A stretch of 32,606 bases of DNA, from the NCBI GenBank assembly GCA_030141605.1, contig JAQGDQ010001610.1, forward strand, positions 1-32,606, written 5' to 3'. The notes beneath the pieces are model-generated. The model searched no databases. It worked only from the letters and a program-made list of their open reading frames with translations, and was not told the origin of the DNA. The translations under genes were made by a program, and so were the position numbers. This document shows positions 22,206 through 31,200 of the stretch, in pieces. Source of the DNA: Tubiluchus corallicola. Taxonomy: Eukaryota > Animalia > Priapulida. Each line of letters begins with the position of its first letter. Within the stretch, counting starts at the first letter, position 1.

Positions 22206-25200
22206 ATATACTAACAATGTTATTAATTAGTTAGATTATTACTGTGACTTCCAGGTTTCGGGTTCAAATCGCGACTTGTTAACAATTTTTCTGTGTCTCC
22301 TTTATTTCTTCAACTCATTACCCGCAATTGGTACTAAGTGTTAAAAATGAACCACAATGGTTTATACGCATTCTGACATTCTCAGTCATAATCTTACTAA
22401 TTAAATGTAAGCCAAGTTGTATGGCCCTTTGGTAACACATTGTGGCTCTTCTAATATTGTTGTTGTTGGCATCCTTCTGTCTCGGAAGACAATGGAATGT
22501 GCGCCAAGAGAGTCAGTTATTGATCACATTGATGGACCTGCAGCGTCGACTGTGGCTGAGCAGTGCGATCCTTGGACGTCTCTAGGGCGCACGCCTGGGC
22601 AAGGTGTACGGAGATCCTGAGTTGCCCAGACAACAGGAACCCCCTCTCTTCCTCCCTGGTGTAGTCCAAAAGAAAGCGAAGCGATACATTTGGCACCAGG
22701 TTGGCTGCAGGAGCTGCCGGAGTCAGTGAGCATGCTGCACTGGTCCGCCTTCGGGGCTGCACTCCTGATTTGGAAGGTTTACTCCTCTACACATGTCCGT
22801 TGGGTCACTTGACCTCCTCCGCCCTCTAGCCGTTGGCTGCTTGTGCAGCTCCTCCGCCTAGTGTCGAGATACAGTGTGGGCATCCCGCAAGCCTACAGCA
22901 CCTGGTATTCCTAGTCAGTCACCCATCGAACTACTAACCAGGCTCTACGTTGCTTAACTTCGGTGAACAGACGATAACCGGTGTTTTCAACGTGATATGG
23001 CCGTAGGATCTTCTAATAGAATATACTGTATACTATATTTTTACCCTATGAATGAAGAGACCCGAATAAAAAGAGATAAGTTTCCTAACCGCTTAAAATT
23101 CAAAATAAATTTTGTTTCATGATATTTACAATAAAATCTCTGTTTTGCAGGATTATACTTGTATTTATACAGCCACGCATTAATTGGCTTCTGCTGTATG
23201 AAATAATTATTAACCCTCTCGTTATCATCTGATTACTCAAAGGTGTAGTAAGTGTTTACAAAAAATTAAATAACTAATTTTTTGATATTTCTGCGAGAAC
23301 ATTAGGTAAGTTGTGGAAATTTGAAATAGTTTAAGTGACGCTCTCTTCCGTCAACCCACAGTGTGTTTATGAGAAGCCATGAAGCCACCAGCTATCTCTT
23401 AATTTTCAAGCGAATAAAGTCTACCACAGCGTCTGAAAATTCCTATACGACAGATGTCTAAATTACCTTAATGCTTTATAGACAGTTTTTTGAATATACA
23501 ATTTAACTATTTGACATTTCTGCTTTGCATAATATCCATGTCAGTTTTTTGTTTAAAGTCATTAACCCACTGTTGACACTTTTTCTTATAGTCTCAACAA
23601 TAACAGCGGGACAGCTGTTGTGCGGAGGAATGTTCAGCCCAGATTCCTTGTCAAACTGGTTCGCTGCAGTCGCGCTATCACACGCTCTCACGGAGAACCC
23701 CACACAGAAAGAGCAGCTGCTGAGAGTACAGCTTGCAACCAGTCTAGGCAACCCACCGGTTTCATTGTTGCAACAGTGTACTAATATGTTATCACAGGTG
23801 ATTTAATTAATATTCCTTTTTTCCTATTGTCAGTGTTTCACAAGTACTTATAACATTACTGTAGTGAAATTGCAATATTTTTATTATTATTATCATGACA
23901 TATACATATATACATGCGCCTTCTATTTGCAGGGCTATAACAGTTAACAGTATTGACATGTCATTTTTAACAATTTACAGTATAGCTGTGCCAGCACTCT
24001 ATTATCATTACCTTCTTAACTAACATTAATTTCAGTTATCTAAAATTAATTAATCCCGTTAGGTTAGCGACAAAATAAAATTATTTAACGAAATATTAGC
24101 AAAGTTAATTACAATCAAACTAATTCCAAATGAATTTTCTTCTTTTCAAAATAATTAGTTTTGCAGAGTAAGTATTATTGTGCCTAATGTATTCATAAGT
24201 GACTAATGTACAAATGTTGTACTAATGTACAAATGTACAACATACTAATGTACAAATGTACAACATACTAATGTATAAATGTACAACATACTAATGTACA
24301 AATGTACAGCATACTAATGTACAAACGTACAACGTACTAATGTACAACATACTAATGTACAAATGTACAACATACAAATGTACAACATACTAAAGTACAA
24401 ATGTACAACATACTAATGTACAAACGTACAACATACTAATGTACAAATGTACAACATACTAATGTACAACATACTAATGTACAAATATACAACATACTAA
24501 TGTACAAATGTACAACATACTAATGTACAACATACTAATGTACAAACGTACAACATACTAATATACAAATGTACAACATACTAATATACTAATGTACAAC
24601 ATACTAATGTACAAACGTACAACATACTAATGTACAAATGTAGTACAAATATACAACATACTAATGTACAACATACTAATGTACAACATACTAATGTACA
24701 AACGTACAACATACTAATATACAAATGTACAACATACTAATATACTAATGTACAACATACTAATGTACAAACGTACAACATACTAATGTACAAATGTACA
24801 ACATACTAATGTACAAATATACAACATACTAATGTACAACATACTAATGTACAACATACTAATGTACAAACGTACAACATACTAATATACAAATGTACAA
24901 CATACTAATATACTAATGTACAACATACTAATGTACAAACGTACAACATACTAATGTACAAATGTACAACATACTAATGTACAAATATACAACATACTAA
25001 TGTACAACATACTAATGTACAACATACTAATGTACAAACGTACAACATACTAATATACAAATGTACAACATACTAATATACTAATGTACAACATACTAAT
25101 GTACTAATGTACAACATACTAATGTAAAAATGTTGCTCTTTTCTAGGGAGGCAAGTTGCAGAATCGATTGGGTCTTCTAATACTACTGAGCACTTGGTTA

Positions 25201-28200
25201 GTGGGATGTCCCATTGCAGTCACACATTTTCTGCATAATCCTGCCAATGTGCCATTTGTATCCTTGATGAAAGATAATTTCAAAAAGGCGTTCGCTGTTG
25301 ATCAGTATTTTTAGCCAAATAATTAACCAACACAAATCAAACGGCTGATCATGGGATTACATTTTTATGCGTAGAGGAGTTTATGTGGTTGTTAACTCTT
25401 TACTTTTTCTGTCGGGCAGTCACGTCATTTCGTCTGCAATCTTGAGAAAAGAAAATGTTCTGCTTTGAGCACTAAGTTAAATATGTTGCTTGCAAACCAA
25501 AACCGTCCTTAAGTCGGCATAGCTAAAGCTACGTTATGATGCTTTAAGGCAGAATGTCAAAATATCAATTTTTTGCTTTTTGTAAAAAGGAACACTAAAA
25601 ATATTGTACTATTATAATCTAGCTTTAAATCATCAAGAAAGTGTACAAAAATACAAAAATCTAATTTTATAATCCCGTACTCACTTCTCTGGTTTGAAAC
25701 TAGTACTACAATCGTGAAAAACTAGCATTTTCAAACTCTGATTGTAGCTCGTGGAAGCAGTCATTTTGCTTCGGGTTTTTTTTTCTCTTACCGAGCCCAG
25801 ATCTTCATGAAGAAGAGCCATATACTACATTCAATATAACATCAATGTGTTCTTGCAAACTCCATAGCAACCAACATTTATTCGGTTGCTAAGTGTTTTG
25901 TAGGAACAATGGCTAACTTTAACTTTCTCAAGGTTATGTTTTTCAGTGTGCAGCTTGAACCTCAACTTCAATGTTGATTTTAACAGCTCAGAAATAACAT
26001 AGAGCAATGAGCTTGGTATCAAAATGTTCCTCATGAAATGAAGATTCAGTATATGTGAATAACAAAAAAGCTTATTTGCCGACTTATGGATGATTTTGCT
26101 ATGCAAGCACACATAACACGAGTGTAATGAATTAAGTTTTAACTTTTATACCACAGCAATTTTTCTTTTTGGTACATTTTAATAATATTATTATGTTTCT
26201 CTTGTTCTAGTGTAGCTCTGACTATGTCCTTAAGGATCTTTATGTTTAAGTTTAAGAAGCCTGTTGATTGACTTTACCGAGTAAATTATGAATAGTGGTT
26301 AATGATACAGTCGTAAAGTGTTCATCATACATTACTTTCATGAGAACGTTTCCTTAACTCTAAGTACTTAGCTAACTTCACAAATTGCATTGCAAGGTGA
26401 TGACGATAATGAACATTTAGTGCATGGACTGTGTGCCTTCCTACTTGCTGTCTGTGTACAGTACAACGATGAATCAGTGGCTGATTTTACAAAGTTGGTA
26501 TCATATATCCACTGATTTTGTTAAGCAATTGTATCAATATTAAGTTATTTTGTTCAGTTTTGTGGATGTTTACATTACACGTTTCAGTTTTTTAGAAGAA
26601 GTAAATTTTTTAACAGCTCTAAATAGACTAAAATTATTAAAGGAAAACCGAATCCCATCTGCCCTGTAAAATATTGAAAGTTAACACATTTTTTTAGGAA
26701 TGACTTACGTGAAAGAATTATTACCATACAAATGTGATTTAGCATTCGCGTGGCTACTTCTTCGCTGTCTTATTGATTATGCTCTGATTATTTTTTCAAA
26801 CTTTACAAAATGTTATCTAAACTTGTTTCAAACGACCTGTCGTAAAAATGGCTGCGTCTAACGGTCATCACGGGAGTTTAAATTTACACGTTTTATACAG
26901 CGTGACTGCCGATTGAAGTCCTGCACGCAAAAAGGCAGTATATAAGTGGTATAAAATTTTAAAACGAATTTTTCAAGTTTCATGTTTATGAAGGGTTTTC
27001 TTGTTTTAAACAATAGACTTACTATAATATTCAAGATGGCGTGCTTTGTGGCTCTAAAACTTTACAACAAGAGTTGCAATTTTACCAAAATAGAAATCAG
27101 TTTACTGAAACAAGCCAGAAATCGTTTAAAATGTCTTTTTTCAGACATGTTTGATTTGTGTTATAATGTTTTCTATTTACATTCACCAGGGAGCAGCTTC
27201 GTCAAATTATTGCCAAAAGAATTAGCTTAGAGGTGTTTGTCGACAAACTCAACTGTATTAGTAAAAATGAGAGCTACACGAGGGCAGCACAGAAGCCACA
27301 GATGAAAGTGCGGCAGCCAAATGAGGTGCTGTTTGATTACGAATTTACACGGCTATTCAAAGCTCAAGAAGGTGTGTGGTTTAACTGATAGATTTGAATC
27401 TTATTTGGTTAGAAATTCTATGAAGCCAACAATTAAAAACTGTCCTGTTCCGTCTAATCGCCCGCCGGGTAATATTTTTTATCGCACACCCGTCCGGAAA
27501 TTTTATAATTTTTTTGCAAGTTCATGTATGTACTTGACGCAGTCATATTTTTTTATTTAAAACATAAAATGCAATAATTATTGTAACTCGTTCTTTCGGG
27601 GAACGCAGACGTGGTCATGTTTTTCCAAGGCTAACTCTCGGCCAGGGTTGCCATTTTGTATAATGCTCACAGTATTGGAGGCTGAAAATTATCGAATTTT
27701 GTGCCAAATTGGTATATTAACGCCGAAGTAGTGTTACCGATTATATCACAATTGTCAGAACATACATTCATGATACAAAAAAAGACTATGGAATAATCGA
27801 TAATTATACGATAATTTAGTAATGCGAAACTAAGAAACAAAGCGTGAAAATGTGCATTGAAAAAATGTAAAACATTACTGCTAACCAGTGGGAAATAAAC
27901 AAACTTTGATTTGAACTGATTTTAAATGAGCCACGATCCAGGCTTAAACATTCACAAAGCTTTAAAAAAATGTTGAACAAAAATTTTTCCTACTGACATC
28001 TTTTGAGCTCATGACGTAAGGCAGAAATATTTTTTGTGGCCGGCTTTAACTATCATCATGGTTTCCTTAAATGCAAATAAATGCACTGTTTTGCTTGAGT
28101 GTTGAGATACATCTTGTCTTGTGGTCACTTGGCTATAACTGCTGTACTTCTCTCATTACCGTACAGATTCTTGATGAATTGTTTTTTTTTGTGTGTAAAA

Positions 28201-31200
28201 CTACTGATTGCACACCGTTGTAAAAAAATTAGACATGGTAAGAAAAAATATATGTAAAATTTAATTATTCAAATAGTCTTATTTTTTAAAAAAAATTTGA
28301 AGGATTTCTATTAAAGTCTTTCAGAAGTTTATGAAAGTATCGCTTAGTTTTTATGCCGCTATGCTTGTAGAGCTGGCAATACCAGCACTCTTCGCACTGC
28401 GGTTCCTTGAAGCAAGTACTAAATGTAATGCCATTGGTGTAAAAATGTTTGCTAAAAATTTAGAGCCGCTTGCTTCCCGTAAAAGCACAGCTTGGAGATC
28501 TTTTAGTTCAAATGAAGCCCAGATCAAGTGTTCAAATGAAGCCCAGATCAAGTGTTCAAATGAAGCCCAGATCAAGTGTTCAAATAAAGCCCAGATCAAG
28601 TGTTCAAATGAAGCCCAAATCAAGTGTTCAAATGAAGCCCAGATCAAGTGTTCAAATGAAGCCCAGATCAAGTGTTCAAATGAAGCCCAGATCAAGTGTT
28701 CAAATGAAGCCCAGATCAAGTGTTCAAATGAAGCCCAGATCAAGTGTTCAAATGAAGCCCAGATCAAGTTTCAAATGAAGCCCAGATCAAGTGTTCAAAT
28801 GAAGCCCAGATCAAGTGTTCAAATGAAGCCCAGATCAAGTGTTCAAATGAAGCCCAGATCAAGTGTTCAAATGAAGCCCAGATCAAGTGTTCAAATGAAG
28901 CCCAGATCAAGTGTTCAAATGAAGCCCAGATTAAGTGTTCAAATGAAGCCCAGATCAAGTGTTCAGAATACAGTACATCAACGTTTGCAGTGGTCACTCA
29001 TTGACCCTGAAAATGGACAGGCGATGCCACCACGTGAACAAAATGCTAAATATCATACTTTAATTTGTTGATCTGGAACCGGGATCGGATCTGGTCCATG
29101 GAGTTCCGGATCTGAACCCGAACCCACCAAAATTGGATCCCTGTGCTACCTTACTTACTAGTCGTTTATTGGGCTAAAAGAGTCTTACTCTTAGAATGTA
29201 ATTTACAGCAGTTTCTTCTGGCTGTAAATGGTTTTCTCTGTTTGCAAAAACCAGATTGTCAGATTCCAGATTCCAGATTGTCATTGTTTTATCTGTAATC
29301 AATATTAACAACTTTCAAGTAATTTGCTAGTTTAGCTTGTCTTCTGTTATTTTAGCAGCTGTCTGTTCACGTGAATTTTGTAAATAGTTAGGCGTTTGTA
29401 GTTAGGCGTTTTTAATTGGTTGCCAAACGAACGCGTGTTGTGGTGCTAAATAGGTACAACTTTGTTTGAATGTTGAGAATTTCATTTTTCATTCATAAAA
29501 CGGAACTTACGAACTTCTGCGTGTATTGCATTTTAGAAGTTAAGGTAACGTATGAATGGTACAACACGTACTATAGTTTGTATGTAGATGACTAATTTGT
29601 GTGTCAGTTAAAATGGCTTCTTATTCTCATGCAGGTATAGTCATCAGAGCCGTCCATGGAGATACGGTTGTAGTGAACGGTGAAGCCAAATTAGAACGGT
29701 CGTCGCCAGTTGATGACAGTGTTATTGCACGATACAAGGATCTGATTCGTGATCAGGTGAAATTTGAAATGTTACACTTGTTATGTCACGTTGTTGGTAT
29801 TTTTAAAAATAACATGGTGCTCTTCTGAGAATTACCATGATCATAATCAGGGATGAGAATTTTCCGCGGATACGCGGAATTCCGAGTTTTTGGAAGACCA
29901 GTAGTGCCATTTTTGTAAATCGCGTAAATTCGTTGAGAAAATTTTTACGGACCCTGTACATTATTTCACAAGCTGACCGCTAGTTGGCAGGCCGTCACTT
30001 TGTTTACATCAAGTACATCAGTGTAACCACGTGTATATCTCTATGTATAAAAACACAGAATCAATTGTGCGGAGTTATTTGAGTCAATTGCAGACAGTTT
30101 TTATATACTTTTACATAGGAGCAGCCAGTACTTAGGCGTTTTTGAGACAATTAGGTATCATGTATCCTTGATAGTTGGGTATTTTAAATTAGGCGTGAAA
30201 CAAGGTAATTGATATTTTCAGTCACAAAATTGCAGTTTGTTGCTGGCTGCAAGGGGGCTTTGCCCCTTGAACCCCCACGGGGCTTTCAAGTTTCCGTGGA
30301 TCTTTTTGAATATTCTCATCCAAATTTTTGACTGGGCCTCTGGTTAGCCGATATTGATGACGTAATTCATGATTTTTTTGGATTTTGTGTGGTGTGTTTG
30401 TTATTATCTTTGTTTTGTTTAGGATACGCGCATTAATGAAGTAACTGAACAGAAGGATGAATTAAATGCACAATTGCAACGAGCAAATAAACAGTCAGAA
30501 GATTTGGCGGCCCATGTGCAGCAATTGAAGGACCAAAATGCTCTTCTTAAGGCCCAGAAAGGTAAGCAGTTGTATTATTATTACAATTTTCTTCCCCGCA
30601 CACCGCAAGAAAATGGAATCGTCTGCCAGAGTCAACAGCTCAACTTTGGCATTTTCGATCTCTTAATGAGTGCCATATGAGTGGTCAATCTAGACTAGAT
30701 TAAGGTACTCCGCCACCTGTTGATTGCTGTGTAGGGTGTGGCGCCCCTACCTTAGGGGCTTGGAGATAGTTCTATCTCTTTTGTTAGGCATCACTGCAAA
30801 TAGGTTTATGGTATGCTAAAGGAAAGAACAAGTCGTGCAGCATGTTGGGTTTATTTTACTGCTATCACTTAAACTTAGAAAAATATAATAAAGAAGTTCG
30901 TGGAAAAACTGTCTGTAAAGCATAAAAGGTAATTTACAATACTACAATAACAAAGTAGTTACCATTCGAAGTTATAATACTCCTGCATTGGCGGAGTTGT
31001 AGCCTCTAATCTTATATGTATGGTTTATGGATGAAGACATTGAAAAAGCTGAGAGTGCAGCCATGGTGAGCCTTCAATTTGATGTACTTAATGCATTATG
31101 ACGAAGTAGAAGAAGAGATTTCAACACATTTTTTTTATATAATTTATCAGTATTGCATCCAAAAATCCTCAGTTTAGGTAATATGGTGAACCATGGACTG

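Noticed and set aside
22240-22300. tRNA gene suggested by the B-box-like GGTTCAAATC
   Set aside because: No cloverleaf or clear A box; at most a decayed SINE head.
22417-22762. Three overlapping ORFs in a GC-rich island
   Set aside because: They lie in the SINE3 body; GC richness explains the lack of stops.
22889-23008. Functional 5S rRNA gene
   Set aside because: Solitary, substituted relative to typical 5S, no terminator, and enclosed with a body and tail inside a TSD.
28331-29071. 246-aa repeat protein, plus ORFs 28351..28767, 28470..28778 and 28764..28997
   Set aside because: Artefacts of the 24-bp intronic minisatellite. Units show almost no synonymous variation, and USO1 exons 14 and 15 join in phase without it.
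30162-30169. Second GTATCCTT U12-like donor
   Set aside because: Inside a MITE, with no adjoining exon or matching branch site; exons 15 and 16 use ordinary U2 sites.
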